Assembly: GCF_009914755.1 (NCBI RefSeq)
Contig: NC_060927.1
Strand: one strand, 5' to 3'
DNA: 64,000 nt
From: the human T2T-CHM13v2.0 reference genome, Homo sapiens
In this document: positions 1-14,250 of the stretch, piece by piece
Layout of the letters: the number at the start of each line of letters is the position of its first letter
How positions within the stretch are numbered: the stretch's first letter is position 1
Program-made: the position numbers and the translations under genes
The notes under the pieces: model-generated
Database searches by the model: none
What the model saw: the letters and a program-made list of their open reading frames with translations, nothing else
Told to the model about the DNA's origin: nothing

Positions 1-1050
1 GAGTTTCATGTATTTAGAATCAATTATTGATATAGTAATATGAAGTTTCAATTTAAGGAATGTTATAACCTTATACATTTCTCTTTAAAATAGTTTCAAT
101 AAGTAAAAATAACAGTATTTTGTCATAAATCTATTCTATACTGACAGAAAGCAAATCAGTGGTTGCCTGGGGCCCAGGGGTTCCATGCAAATTAGAACAT
201 AGTACATTTGATATCTTTAAAGTTATTTTGTCCTGAACCAGCAATAAGTTTTAACACCAATATAATGGTTTTAAGTAGAGTTCTTAGCCTTTTTATGCCA
301 TGAATGACCTTTTAGTAGTCTAGTGAAATGTGTGAGCTCCTCAATATGGAGCTTTTATATGCATAAAATGAAATACATAGGGTTACAAAGAAACAAATTA
401 TGTTGAAATATTGTCCTATCTTTGGGTCCTTTGGTACAAGGTGGGAGTTTGCAGAACCCACATTAAGAGCCCCTGTTACCAATACATTTAATAACACCAG
501 AGTGTACTATGTTGCATATATTTCTATAATTGATAACTACAATCCAGTGATAGAACACAAGTAGATTGCATATTGCTATAAGATGATGGCAGTTTTTTTC
601 TAACTTATTTTTCTAGCTTTTACTTGTAATATGAGTATATTGAGATGGAAAGAAGTTTCGATAGTTTGATTTATTGTGTGTTTTAAACATTTTTGTGTTG
701 TAAAGATATAGCCCTAAAGTTTGAGTAAATCTTACTTATTGTACTATATATGAAAAGTATTGAGTAATAGTTTGAAGGTTGTAAATTCAAAATTATAGTG
801 TTGCTTGGCAGTGAGAGGAGTCAAGGGTTTTTTCATTCTGATGTCTGCACTGTTGCTTAGAATGTTTTTAGACATTTTTTGATAAAATGGGAATCCTGCA
901 TTCCTGTTATATATGGACAAGTCCTTATCCTTTACTTACCATACCAACTGAGATTGTTTTTGGACACTTTAACAGCCATTTTTTTTATTTTTTATTTTGT
1001 CTTTGAAACCTAAATATTTTAATTATTTTCCATTTAATCTTGTTTTTCAG

Positions 1051-1110
1051 AATGTGTGCTTTATCACACCCCAGTTTTTATATCAGTTCTACTGTTTGTT
1101 TTCTCAGCAA
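1051..1110 (+). CDS. ATP11B: ATP11B internal coding exon (TM region): NVCFITPQFLYQFYCLFSQQ
   Basis: tttttcag acceptor ends 1050, gtaagt donor at 1111; 60 nt, phase 0-0; P4-ATPase TM5-type sequence; joins next exon in frame. Confidence 0.95.
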
Positions 1111-2685
1111 GTAAGTAAATAGAAACTTGTGTTTTGTGTTTTGTCCTTTTAGAGTAACGTATGTATGTTCAGATTTTGATAGACGTTTGAAGGGACTTTT
1201 TTCATTTTTCTTAGTCCTGCAGGGAACCAGACAGAACTTTTCTGTTTAGTATATTTAACCAGCATGACATTCAGAATATTTATTTATTCTGGTTTTCAGT
1301 TTGAGGTGAGTGTTAATACCAAAATGTAATTCTGGATGCTTTTAAAAATAGATAATAACCCTTAACAGCTTATGAGAGAATTTTGATAACTTATTTGTGA
1401 TATTTCTGTAAAATCCAAATCAAGCCAGGCCAGATAACTTGGAGGTTCACCTCATTTTTATTTTTGATTCGAAATGTCTTAGGTTTGGAAGGAGCAGTAG
1501 TGATTTAGTCCAGGGATGGCATATAGGTTTTATCTCAGAAGCTACCTTTAAATAATTGATGGGGCACCTAGAGTATATTGAAAAGGTTTCTAAAGCTGCA
1601 GGCTCAGAGGGAAAATGTAATTTGTTAGCAATAGTTGTAATGGGCACAAGGTGGGTCTTTGTTTGCATGCATGTCACATATTTACCAGTCCTGATCTACT
1701 TTGTTTTAATTTCTAGAAAAGAAAAATGAAATCCACATAAATTAAGTAACTTGCCTTGCTAACTTAATGACTAAACCATAACTTTGACCTACTGCTTCTG
1801 ACTAATGTGGCAGGCACCCTTTTTACATACCATACTATACATCTCAAATTGATCAAGACACTAGTTCTAATTTATTGAAAAAACAAGAGCTTAATTATCT
1901 TAACTTTTTCATGAGTTTTTCCTATTCTTAATTGCTGTTTTATCCTGTTTACAACCTGTAACTCTAAATTCCAAATATTTGCTTGGGCATTGATTACCGG
2001 TAAAAGTTTGTTTACCTAAATGAACTAAAGAATATGCTAAGACAATACGACAAGGAAAACTGACCTATTTTGATTAGGTTTTCTGGAGAGTTTATAGTGT
2101 AATTTGGGAGGCAGTATTAATAACAATAAAAACAATACGTAAAGCATAGGCAAAGTGCTAAGTGATTAGTACCAACAGTGGTACCTGTGACTGTTTAGAG
2201 GAGCAAGATATCGTTAAGGACTTAAGCCATTGTGCAGAGTTTCATGGAAGAAGATAGTCTTGTTCAGTGCCTTAAAGGAAGTGTAGTGTGTAGACAGGGA
2301 GACAAAGCCATGAAAGGTAAACTGTATGTGTTGCATGTGGAAGGAGTAGTAAGATGCCTGGAATACATGGAGGAGAATTATGTAAAATTACTTCACAGTG
2401 ATCAAATTGTGGAGAACCTTGAAATGTTGATCTAACTCACGATAATTCCAGAAGCACCTGATATAGCAAAATATTCCAGTTCTCACAAAGAATATCAACC
2501 TAGGAACATTATATGTTTATGTCAGTATTAAAAACAAATTAGAATTATTTAATTGGAGTTACTAAAATGGATTTCAGTATAAATTTTTAAAACTTTAATT
2601 TTGTTTTTAATATGCATAGTTGTCATATGCATAATAGTAATGCATAATTCAGAAACTCAACATTCCTACCAATTTCTCTTTCTAG

Positions 2686-2813
2686 ACATTGTATGACAGC
2701 GTGTACCTGACTTTATACAATATTTGTTTTACTTCCCTACCTATTCTGATATATAGTCTTTTGGAACAGCATGTAGACCCTCATGTGTTACAAAATAAGC
2801 CCACCCTTTATCG
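2686..2813 (+). CDS. ATP11B: ATP11B coding exon: [42 protein letters not shown](R)
   Basis: ctttctag acceptor, gtaagt donor at 2814; 128 nt; P4-ATPase YNxxFTSLP motif. Confidence 0.96.
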
Positions 2814-3600
2814 GTAAGTATTTTCTGGTATTAAATGGCCTTATCAGTTTTTTTAAGTAAAAAATAAGCAGATTTATTTATGTCTTGGTGATTAATGCTT
2901 TACTAAGGAAAGTTCTTTAGTTGTCGTATGATTTACAGTTGTTGAATATCAGAGAAAAAAAGGTTTCTTTCAAAGAGAAAATTGGAATAATTTTTCCGGT
3001 GTTTTTTTAAGAATGAGCACTTTCATCCTGGGAATGCACTGGGCAGTTGTGTAATTTGCACTTACTCTCGCAAACCAGTAATATTCTATTTCGTGTGCAC
3101 AAAAGAAGTTATTCATAATTGGTAGTCTCTAGAATTCCTAAAAGTTTTTTTCTACTATTAGCGAAATTTATGAGTAATAATTAGTGCAAAATCCAGAGGT
3201 GAGGACATTAATTCCCACCCCAGATTCTCTGCTTTATTCCTGCTTCCCCAGAACCAAGTAATCACAGAGATGTGATTGGGACCTGTTCCTCAGGACCAGC
3301 TATGGTATTCACCATAAGCTCTTATAGAGATAGCTATTGAAGTACCACTTATAGAGTCATCTCATTATCTAAATTTGGATTAATTTACTTCAATTCCTCA
3401 GGTTATCTAGGACAGGGCTTGACCTAAGATTGGCATAGATTGTTCTTCCCATAATAGCTATTATTAGAAGGGAAGTTAGGAGCATCAGTGCTGAACCTAA
3501 CTCAGATAACCTCACTAAAAAGAGACCATTATGGCAGAGTGACTGAATGTTAACAGAAGAATATAATAACAGATAAATCAACTTTTCAAAATTAAAGTGA

Positions 3601-4260
<660 letters not shown>

Positions 4261-4509
4261 TTCCTATTTCTTTATCAAATGAAGAAATATATTTGAATGT
4301 AGTATGTGAACTATAAGCTATTAAACAGATGTATGATATTATAAGCAGTGGTTTATAAATTTGGATTTATTTATTCTTTGTGCTAATATTTTCAAGCAAT
4401 TTTAAATTAAAAATCTATCTTGTTTTTTAATTATCATATTATATTAATTGTTTAGTGGGCAAATAATAAATGATCCCTAATATGTTTCTTTTTCTCTTCT
4501 TTTTAACAG

Positions 4510-4648
4510 AGACATTAGTAAAAACCGCCTCTTAAGTATTAAAACATTTCTTTATTGGACCATCCTGGGCTTCAGTCATGCCTTTATTTTCTTTTTTGGA
4601 TCCTATTTACTAATAGGGAAAGATACATCTCTGCTTGGAAATGGCCAG
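4510..4648 (+). CDS. ATP11B: ATP11B coding exon: (R)DISKNRLLSIKTFLYWTILGFSHAFIFFFGSYLLIGKDTSLLGNGQ
   Basis: ttttaacag acceptor, gtaaag donor at 4649; 139 nt; phase matches previous exon (CG|A = Arg). Confidence 0.95.
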
Positions 4649-5789
4649 GTAAAGTATATAGTTTTTTTAAAGAATGCTTGTTAATATTTTATGGGTTTTT
4701 TATAGCTTTTGTCATAAAGTAAAATTTAATTTAAATTACAGAACTTCAAGTATTAAAATGCAAATATAAAAAGGTTTAAATTTTGTGGTTAAATAATAAA
4801 GTTTCATACAAGTGAAAATTGACAGGCAATACAGTGTAATCTCGAAATGAAACTCAAGTTACTAGACAGTTTTGCTATTCAAAAATTAGCTCACACAGGG
4901 GATATGTTATTGCCCCTGCATGCTCTTCACCTTAGTATTGTGTTTTATTGATAGCTGCCATTTATCTGGTACTTACTTTTGTGCTAAGTACTTTAATATG
5001 CCCCATCTCCATTAGTCCTCCCAATAATCTTATTAGAGAGGTATTATTACTCCCATTTTTCAGATGGCAAATGAGGACTTAGTGTTTGTTTGCTTTTAAT
5101 TGCATTGTTGTTTGCCTAGGAAATGCTACCACATTCTTCATTGCACACTCACAATTCTAAATAGATGTCATAACTTACTGTTTAATTTGGCCACTTTTCC
5201 GAAGCATGAAATTAGGAAAGAGTGCATTTTAAACAGTACACTGTTACACTGTGTTCTGATTGGAGTGCTCATGTTGAGAGACTCTTGGCAGAGCTAGACC
5301 TCTCTTTCGGGGCTTAACTAAATGGGTTAGGAAGGAAAGAAATGACAGCAGTGGTAGGGACTCTGGTGGACTGGAAATGGTTGTCACTCTTAGTTTCCCT
5401 TTTCCATTCCCATCACTTAAGTATTGCAAAATATGTTTGGAGATACAGACATACAAATTTGCAATTGGAAGAATATAAAGTTTTATCTGCTCAACAGATC
5501 TTTATTGAAGGCCAGCTATTCCCAAGTACTATACTAGGCTCTGGTAAGTAACTTGGTCATGGAGCTTAGAATCTTGAAAAGGATACAGAAAATGAGCAAG
5601 TAAACTAATAACAAAATACACCGGTGTAATAAAGGAAATGGGTTTCAAATGTAGAGGCCTTAACCTTGCAAAATCCCTTTACCTTATAGAGTAGGGACAT
5701 AAATATAATTGCCACTTCACTTTTGAGGACATATTTAGACTGATGTGGATGAAAATATGAATCTTGTAGCATAAAGGTTACAGCACTTC

Positions 5790-6001
5790 CCAAATAATAA
5801 CTACCTTTTGTTGAGTTTGTTTCTCTATGCCTGGTACATTACATGCATTTGCTCATTAAATCATAACTCTGTATGAGAAAAATATCATTATTAATTTTCG
5901 CATGTTAGAAAATTAACCTCAGAGAGGTTAAGAAACTTGCCTAAGTTCACACAGTAAGCAAATTACAGTAATAGAATTCAGACTCAGATCTATCTGACTT
6001 T
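5790..6001. mobile_element. MIR, degenerate
   Basis: ctcagagaggttaagaaacttgcctaagttcacacag MIR core. Confidence 0.65.
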
Positions 6002-6014
6002 AAAACCTACATGC

Positions 6015-6141
6015 CTTTAGGAGATATACCTAATGTAAATGATGAGTTAATGGGTGCAGCACACCAACATGGCACATGTATACATATGTAACAAACCTGC
6101 ACGTTGTGCACATGTACCCTAGAATTTAAAGTATAATAAAA
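6015..6141 (+). mobile_element. 5'-truncated L1PA 3' end with 13-bp TSD
   Basis: ggagatatacctaatgtaaatga...gtaccctagaatttaaagtataataaaaa; TSD aaaacctacatgc at 6002-6014 and 6142-6154. Confidence 0.92.
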
Positions 6142-6869
6142 AAAACCTACATGCTTAGTCATGATTCTCAATTCTTCTGAGAAACAGCTGTTAGCCTGGT
6201 GCCCTTCTGCACAGTCTTACCATCAGTGCAAGTGCCACCAAATATATAGACATATGAGTGAGTATGCTCACTTCCACCTGAAATAGTGGGGTGAAAACCG
6301 GACAGAATTAAGAGGGGAGGAGAGTTAAGAAGAAGGAAATTTGGATCTTCATCATTGGATGAAAAGGATGTTAAAGATCTTGTATTGCTAGTCACTACTT
6401 TTTTTAATTTTTAAAAGTAATATGTGCCCATTGTGATAAGTTTGAAGTTAGTAGGAAAAAGTATAAAGAAAATAAATCACATGGTGGCCCTCTACCCAGA
6501 TATTATTACTTTTATTATTTTTACATACTTGTTTCAATTCTTTTTTGCTATTTTCATTAACCTCATAATTTGTATCCCCTTATTTCTTAACATTGTAGCC
6601 TAAGTGATTTTGTATGTTATTAAAAATGCTTCAAGAACATTTTTCATGATTACGTAATACTCTATTACATTGTCATAATGTAAGTATTCCCTTAATTTGA
6701 GGATTTGTTTCTAATTTTTAGTAACTTTTTAAAATAAAATCTTGAACATTCTTTATACAGAAGATAAAACCTTGAAGGATAAATTGTTATTGGCCATTAG
6801 TATAAAAGCTTTTTTCTCTTTACTGTCTATTGAAATTAATCTGCCACTCCCTACCTCCAATACTAGGTA

Positions 6870-7110
6870 TAGTAGCAAAGCAGCACATGTTAGAATCAGA
6901 ATTGGATTCATACCCTGGCATCTGTAGTCATCGTTTGAGTGATTTGGGATGAGTTAACCTCTCTCAGACTCAGTTTTCTCACCTGTGAAAAGGCACATAA
7001 TCCCCACCTTATAGGTTTGATGTGAGGATTAAATGACATATTATTTGTAGAGCATTAAGCATAGTGGCTAGCATATAGAAGTATTCACTACGTCTTAGCA
7101 GTGTTCATTG
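6870..7110. mobile_element. MIR
   Basis: ttaacctctctcagactcagttttctcacctgtgaaa...gtgaggattaaatga core. Confidence 0.7.
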
Positions 7111-8311
7111 TTATTTTTACTATTAAGTCATTATATTGGAAGATCATGTCCTACTCAATCCCACCCGGTCTAATTCTCCCAGAAACTCTCTCTTAACTGT
7201 GAAAATCACCTTGCTGGCTCTCAGAATGTGCCATGCTAATCTCTAATTCTAAAACATTGCTTATGTTCCCTCTCTAGAATGCTCATGCTTCCCTTTCCCC
7301 AAGATTCCCTCACCACCACCTATTCTTCGCAGTTGAGCCCACAGACGCCTTTCCTGTTGGTCCAGCTCCCTCTTATGTGTCCCTGTGCTAAAAATCCTTT
7401 TAGACATCTGTCTAGGCCGCGTCTCATTGCTTAGCACTGAGTTTGTTGAATGCTTCCTGTTTTCTAAATATTGTTATTGCATGCCCAAGTTATCAGTAAA
7501 CAATTGAGGGCCTAGAGCAGAAAAAGTTACTAGAGGGAAGTGCTGAGAGGAGTGACTGGAGGCAAAGATGAAGTCATTGCAAACCAAGTGATCCTGGGAG
7601 AGGAGCAGGAGGAAGACTTGTAATAGTTTGGGTTTAAGGGTAGAACAATTCAGGGAAAGTTAAGACTTTATCCCTTTTTTTTTGTATTAGGGTCTAGCAA
7701 TTTTATGTTAATTAATTTTCAACAAATACTTTTGAAGTATTCACTAATTCTTTCAGTTTAGCTTAGGAAAGAACTAGTCATTCTTCATGTATTTATCTCA
7801 AATCTTTTTAACAGGCCTTTCTTTCTCTTAGTAAAGTATAAGTCTTGATCAATTTTCTCTAAGATTTGGAAAGACTGGAAGAATGTGTATGACCTGCCTG
7901 AGTTCCTGTCATGTGTGTCTCTAAAACTGCTTTTCCATGGGTACATCTTTACCTTCAGAGCACTATACAAAAGATATTCCTTTACTATTACTCCTTAATG
8001 AGTTGCCAGAGAGCAAAAATAATGTTAATGAGAAGGCTGAACTAGTGACTAATTTTTAACTTTGTTTTTTTCCTAAATAGTAGAAGAGTTAATCTCTCAC
8101 ATAAAATTTGCCTAGCCCTTATCCAGTCTTAAAGTAGTCACAGTATTTGAATCTAAGTATTAGTTAAAAAGTAGGGCTTGTCTTAATAATACAGTAGTAT
8201 TGTCTTACCATGGACATTTGTCAAGAAGTCATAGATTAGTAATTCACTGAATATGTTGTTTGAGTAATCTTTTTATTTTTTAAAGTTAAAAATAAGCTTA
8301 AGACTTTATTT

Positions 8312-9313
8312 TCTTGTTTAGTTTTTTTATTATTTACTTTTTTTTTACATGAATAAGTTCTTCAGTGGTGATTTCTGAGATTTTGGTGCACCCAAGCAGT
8401 GTACATTGTACCCAATGTGTAGTCTTTTATTCCTCACCCCCTCCCACCCTTTTCCCTGAGCCCCAAAAGTTCATTGTCTCATTCATATGCCTTTGCGTCC
8501 CCATAGCTTAGCTTCCACTTATGAGTGAGAACATAAGATGTTTGGTTTTCTATTCCTGAGTTACTTCACTTACAATAATGGTCTCCAATTCCATCCAGTT
8601 TCCTGTGAATGCCATGATTTCATTCCTTTTTATGGCTGAGTTGTATTCCATGGTATATATGTATACCACATTTTCTTTATCCACTCATTAATCGATGGCC
8701 ATTTGGGCTGGTTCCCTATTTTTGCAATTGCAAATTGTGCTGCTATAAACATGGGTGTGCAAGTATCTTTTTTGTATAATGACTTCTTTTCCTCTGGGTA
8801 GATAGAAGGAGTGGGATTGCTGGATCAAATGGTAGTCCTACTTTCAGTTCTTTAAGGAATCTCCACACTGTTTTCCATTTTGGTTATACTAGTTTATATT
8901 CCCACCAACAGTGTAAAAGTGTTCCCTTTTCACCACATGCATGCCAACATCTATTTTTTTATGTTTTTATTCTGACCATTCTTGTAGGAGTAAGGTGGTA
9001 TCACATTGTGGTTTTGATATGGATTTCCCAGGTAGTGATGTTGAGTATTTTCTCATGTTCATTGGTCATTTGTATATCTTCTTTTGAGAATTGCCTATTC
9101 ATGTCCTTAGGCCACTTTTTGATGAGATTATCTTTTTCTTGCTGATCCGTTTGAGTTGCTTGTAGATTCTGGATATTAGTCCTTTGTCAGAAGTGTAGAT
9201 TGCGAAGATTTTCTCCCACTCTGTGCTTGTCTGTTTACTCTACTGATTATTTCTTCTGCAGTGCAGAAGCTTTTTGGTTAATTAAGTCCCATCTATTGAT
9301 CTTTGTTTTTGTG
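8312..9313 (-). mobile_element. L1PB-like 3' end (~1 kb), antisense to ATP11B
   Basis: gtggtgatttctgagattttggtgcaccc L1PB-type 3'UTR and ORF2 tail; TSD agcttaa(g/t)actttattt at 8295-8311 and 9314-9330. Confidence 0.88.
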
Positions 9314-9386
9314 AGCTTAATACTTTATTTCTGTAATCTGACAGGGTCAACTTTTTTGTAGTTGCTTTTAAACAGAGCTTCATAGA

Positions 9387-9585
9387 AGCAATTCTCCTGC
9401 CTCAGCCTCCCCAGTAGCTGGGATTACAGGCATGGGCCACCACGCCAGGCTAATTTTGTATTTTTAGTAGAGACAGGGTTTCTCTATGTTGGTAAGGCTG
9501 GTCACGAACTCCCAACCTCAGGTGATCCGCCTGCCTCGGCCTCCCAAAGTGCTGGAATTACAGGTGTGAGCCACCGCACCCAGCC
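9387..9585 (-). mobile_element. Partial Alu (AluS-like; lacks 3' part and tail)
   Basis: Starts aagcaattctcctgcctcagcc, ends cacccagcc. Confidence 0.88.
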
Positions 9586-9935
9586 TGTAAGCTCATCTTC
9601 AGCCAGATCTCCAAAATGCCTTTGCCACTCACATTATCACCTACCAGCTCAAGGGCAAGTCAGAATGGAAAGAGACAGCAGTCTTAACCAGTTGATTACA
9701 GTTGAAATACATTACTTCGTATAATTTTACCCACAAAAAGCTATGTGAATGCTTTTGTATGGCTTCTTCTAGGACCTTGAATGGGGCCTATGCAAGAGGA
9801 AGCCCTAAATCCTCCTCTAAGGAAAATACCGTGTAACATACCCCAGTCTAGGCCCAGTAAAACCAGATACTGAAGGATGGACATGTCCTTACCACTTCCA
9901 GGCCCAGGTCCCCGGTTGCATCAAAGTATCTCTCC

Positions 9936-10236
9936 CAGCTGGGCACATGGCTCATACCTATAGTCCTAGCATGTTGGGAGGCCAAAGCAGGTGGATCACT
10001 TGAGCCCAGGAGTTCAAGATCAGCCTGGGCAACATGGTGAAAGCCCATCTCTGTAAAAAATACAAAAAAAAAAAAATTAGCTAAGTGTGGTGGCGTGTGC
10101 CTCTAGTCCCAGCTACTTGGGAGGATTGCTTGAGCCCGGGAGGTGGAGATTGCAGTGAGCCGAGATCATGCCATTGCACTCCAGCCTGGGTGACAGATGG
10201 AGACCCTGACTCAAAAAAAAAAAAAAAAAAAAAAAA
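9936..10236 (+). mobile_element. Alu (AluJ-like)
   Basis: Two arms and poly-A tail; aaagtatct on both flanks. Confidence 0.9.
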
Positions 10237-10689
10237 GGAAAGTATCTGTGTCCATACCCATGAAAGAGGAGAATGGCACTCCTCCTGAGAGAGCTAAGTT
10301 GAGACCCACTGATCATCGGTATTTCTGGGTCATTTCTAGAGATGATAAAAGCAGACAGCAGACAGATAAGCACAGGTTCAGTATGACTTTTGATTCTCCT
10401 CTTGACAAATACATTCCCCAAATGCTCTCAAATAAAGGAATATTAATTGATGTTTCATTGTTGATAATCATAACTATTATTTACTGATTGCCTATTATAT
10501 ACCAGGTACCCCATTCTTTTTGTATACCCCAATTCTTATAGAAAACTGCGATTTATCCTCATTTTACAAATGAAGAAAGTGAGATATAGAGAGGTTAAGT
10601 AATTTGTTAAGTAAATGATAATTGTTAGAAATCTGTAATAAAAAACAGGCTTTTTATTAATTTTTTTGAACCAGTGTTAAGATAATGAT

Positions 10690-11129
10690 TGTTAGGTTTG
10701 GAAGGGAAGGTGAGAGTTAAAGAAAGACACACACACAGAAAGAGGGCGGCTCAACAGCATGCAGGCTTTTTGTCTAGCATAAAACCTACAGAAGTCAGGG
10801 ACCAGCCTAATGCCAGAGCCCACTGGCTGCTTACAGGCTAGGGTACTTACAGGTGTGGGCGGGAGGGGTCTGGGCAGTATGGCTCGCTGCCTGGCAGGAT
10901 ATTGATAAGATGTTCCCATGATGAGGCAGTTCTGACCCTTGTTCTGGCAGGATGTCTTCGTGGTGTTCCTTGGACCTTTATCCAGCAAGATACGATAGGG
11001 CTCTTTCTTTAGTGGTCAGGTGGTTAGGCAGGATGTTTCTCATGTCCCGAACCCCCGTGAAATGTTGCACTTTGACCAAGGTCTGCAAAATAGCAGGGAG
11101 CTTACAAAACGATGCAGTTTGGACTAACA
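10690..11129 (-). mobile_element. Solo ERV LTR (ERVL class, resembles LTR32)
   Basis: TGTTAG...CTAACA inverted termini; perfect 5-bp TSD ATGAT at 10685-10689 and 11130-11134; family and orientation from memory of the consensus. Confidence 0.8.
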
Positions 11130-11799
11130 ATGATTACTTTGTAAACTAAATTATTAAACTTCTGGTTGTATTCTTGTAGAGATAAAATCCTGAAACTCTT
11201 TTGGGGTTCTGCGTGATTAATACCTTAGTAAGTTTTGGCTCTAAAGCCCAGGGGAAACTTTCTGACTGGCAATAACTGCATTTTTACATGGAATCCTTTG
11301 AGGAGTAATTCCATGATCCATTATCCTTCCTTTCAGATACAGGTTTTAAGTGTAAATTTCTTTTCTCCTGCTCTACTGTACTGTATCCAAAAATACCGTG
11401 GCATGTGCTCTGCTGTAACGTCTGGTTGGAAAGGTTTCTGAAAATACTTGTGATTGAAAAGGATTTTGTTACCATTTTTACTGTGCAACAGCAATAAAGC
11501 AGTCCCTAATGACTACATTATTCTAACTAAAAATAGTCTGTGCCACACCATTCTAAACCCATCTTTGGGTTCCAGTCTGATAATGATATCTAAAAGATCA
11601 TTGTCTATAATAATAACACATGTAAATAATGCTTTATGCTGTTCTTCTCATACTTTTAACTTTATGAGTATAGTCACCAGTTTCAAATGTACCTGACTTA
11701 AATAATTCAAGGGATTTTTAGTAGAGAATTAAATGACTTTTTACCTGACATTTAACATTATGTTAACACGTAATGTAATAGTGTATTCTTTCTGTTTAG

Positions 11800-11865
11800 A
11801 TGTTTGGAAACTGGACATTTGGCACTTTGGTCTTCACAGTCATGGTTATTACAGTCACAGTAAAG
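11800..11865 (+). CDS. ATP11B: ATP11B coding exon: MFGNWTFGTLVFTVMVITVTVK
   Basis: ctgtttag acceptor, gtatgg donor at 11866; 66 nt, phase 0-0; hydrophobic TM helix. Confidence 0.95.
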
Positions 11866-12402
11866 GTATGGTACTGAAATTAGAAATGTGGACACATTTT
11901 GCAACTGTTTACATAGTTAGTTAACTTTCTTCATTTCTTTAGCCATAGATACTTTCCCTTTTTCCATTTTCAATAACGATTAATTTCACTGGTTACTATT
12001 TTAATAGTTAAATTTTTGTCAAAAAATTATTTTTAAAGTTTATTATTTTGGGAAGCCTCAGCTGATATTTATGATCACATTTTTAAAAATCTCTAAAAAT
12101 TTTGCTTCTCTGTGTATAGTGCAAGACAGCGTAATTTGTTTTAGGCCATGGAGTTGAAAATAGAGTAATCACATGAAATTTGAATGCTGTTTCCTCAAAG
12201 AAGAAAAACATTATAAACTTGAAATTATTTCATTTTATACTAGGACCTTTTCATTCATATTTATCTCTGAGGGATTTTGAGGGATTGTATCTGTCTTCTG
12301 AGAGACTTTTAGATACTTATGTTTATTCTTGAGTTTCATCTGAAAGGTTAAGGTAAAGCTTTATTTGTTTATATTTCTAAGGATATAAAAACTTTTTTTT
12401 AG

Positions 12403-12506
12403 ATGGCTCTGGAAACTCATTTTTGGACTTGGATCAACCATCTCGTTACCTGGGGATCTATTATATTTTATTTTGTATTTTCCTTGTTTTATGGAGGGAT
12501 TCTCTG
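12403..12506 (+). CDS. ATP11B: ATP11B coding exon: [34 protein letters not shown](W)
   Basis: ttttttag acceptor, gtgagt donor at 12507; 104 nt; P4-ATPase WTxxNHxxxWGS motif. Confidence 0.96.
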
Positions 12507-13706
12507 GTGAGTGAATATATTGTATTTTAATTGGATTGCTTCAACTATAATAAACATTTATTGTGATAGGTTACATTATGAACATATTCTGCTCATAACA
12601 GATTTCAGACTCCTGGTAAGTTTACTTCTTCAGTTGATCTTACTGATATGGAGAGGAAAAAACTAACATTTATTGAATATCTACAATTTTTCTAGATTTT
12701 TTTTATATAAGATATTGATTCATCATAATAATGATCCCTGTTTTTTTCTGTGTAGAAACTGAGCCTCAGGATCACAAAGACAAAAAAGTACCAAAGCCAA
12801 GATTTAAACCCCAATTGTCTTATTTCACAATTTTCTTTACACTAGTTATATTATGTATTAATGTATTATGTGTTAATATATACAATAAAGTAAGTCACAT
12901 AGAACCATTAAATATTAATCATTAACTTTTCTCACAAAAGTAAGTAGTATGCATCATCTTCATTGATAGAATCAGATATTCAACTGGCTACTCAGATAGA
13001 TTAAAAATTAATGTTTCTCCTAAGATTCTTTGGTAAGTGATGGACAACTGAGGGCTCTCTTTTGGAGAATTTATATTACATTTGCCTGCTATGTCTTTGA
13101 TCCATTTATCAGACAAAAAAAAGCTTCTGAAGGTAGGCCAAAAAAATTTGGATTAGCTAAATATTAACTTCTATTTAGGATCATAAAAGGATACTCTTAT
13201 GAATATTTCTATATTTCACCATATTCTTTTGAGGTAGTATATACAAAAACCCAAAAAGAATATCTTTATAACACTTACTACTATGTAAAACTAGTATTCG
13301 TGAGTACATTAATTTTAAAATATGTTTTTGAAGAAGAGCCTCTGAATAAAGCTTTCATTCTAAGATTTGGATAATCGGCCTTCTAAAATATTTTATTACA
13401 CACTTTTTCTTGCTTTACTTGGTCCCTTAAGTCTGTATTACTACATTATTCTTCTGATCCACTACCACTAAGATAGGGTTATCTGGTCAACTGCTTGCCA
13501 TTTTCCTAATAAAAACTATAGTTGTTTTATTTTTAACAATTAAAGCTTATCTTGTTTTGTTAGTTCAGTTAATTAAATTATACTGATTTCAGTTTTGAAC
13601 ATTTTCTTGGAGTACTTGTTACTTTCAACTGTAGTGTCTTTATATGATGTCCTGATTTAAGTCTTTCAGTTTCCACTTTTATTAAGCACATTTTCTTTCT
13701 TTGCAG

Positions 13707-13872
13707 GCCATTTTTGGGCTCCCAGAATATGTATTTTGTGTTTATTCAGCTCCTGTCAAGTGGTTCTGCTTGGTTTGCCATAATCCTCATGGTTGTTACA
13801 TGTCTATTTCTTGATATCATAAAGAAGGTCTTTGACCGACACCTCCACCCTACAAGTACTGAAAAGGCACAG
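13707..13872 (+). CDS. ATP11B: ATP11B coding exon (last TM helix and start of tail): (W)PFLGSQNMYFVFIQLLSSGSAWFAIILMVVTCLFLDIIKKVFDRHLHPTSTEKAQ
   Basis: ctttgcag acceptor, gtaacc donor at 13873; 166 nt, ends phase 0; overlaps supplied ORF 13714..13923. Confidence 0.96.
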
Positions 13873-14250
13873 GTAACCACTTTTTATAATAAATTCAATA
13901 TCTTTTTAGTTAGGGATCTTTAATAATGAATAGCTGTCATTATAATTTGATTATGTCAGAAAATAGGAAATTAGCCATTCCTGTTTCAACTATTTTGTAA
14001 CATAAACATTGTTCAGTGTGATATTTTTGAAGTTATTTCTTACTATTTCTATTAATTTTATGACTACTGATAAGTTATTTTTTTAATTACATTGTGTTGT
14101 TAATAAAACTTTATGTTTTTAGGTATGAAACTATCAAATTATATCCAGATAATAATAGTAAATATTTTTAAAGTAATATCACAGCATTCTATCATATATA
14201 TATAATGAAGATCTATAGCCATGTCTTTAGAAACATCAGAATTTGAGTAA

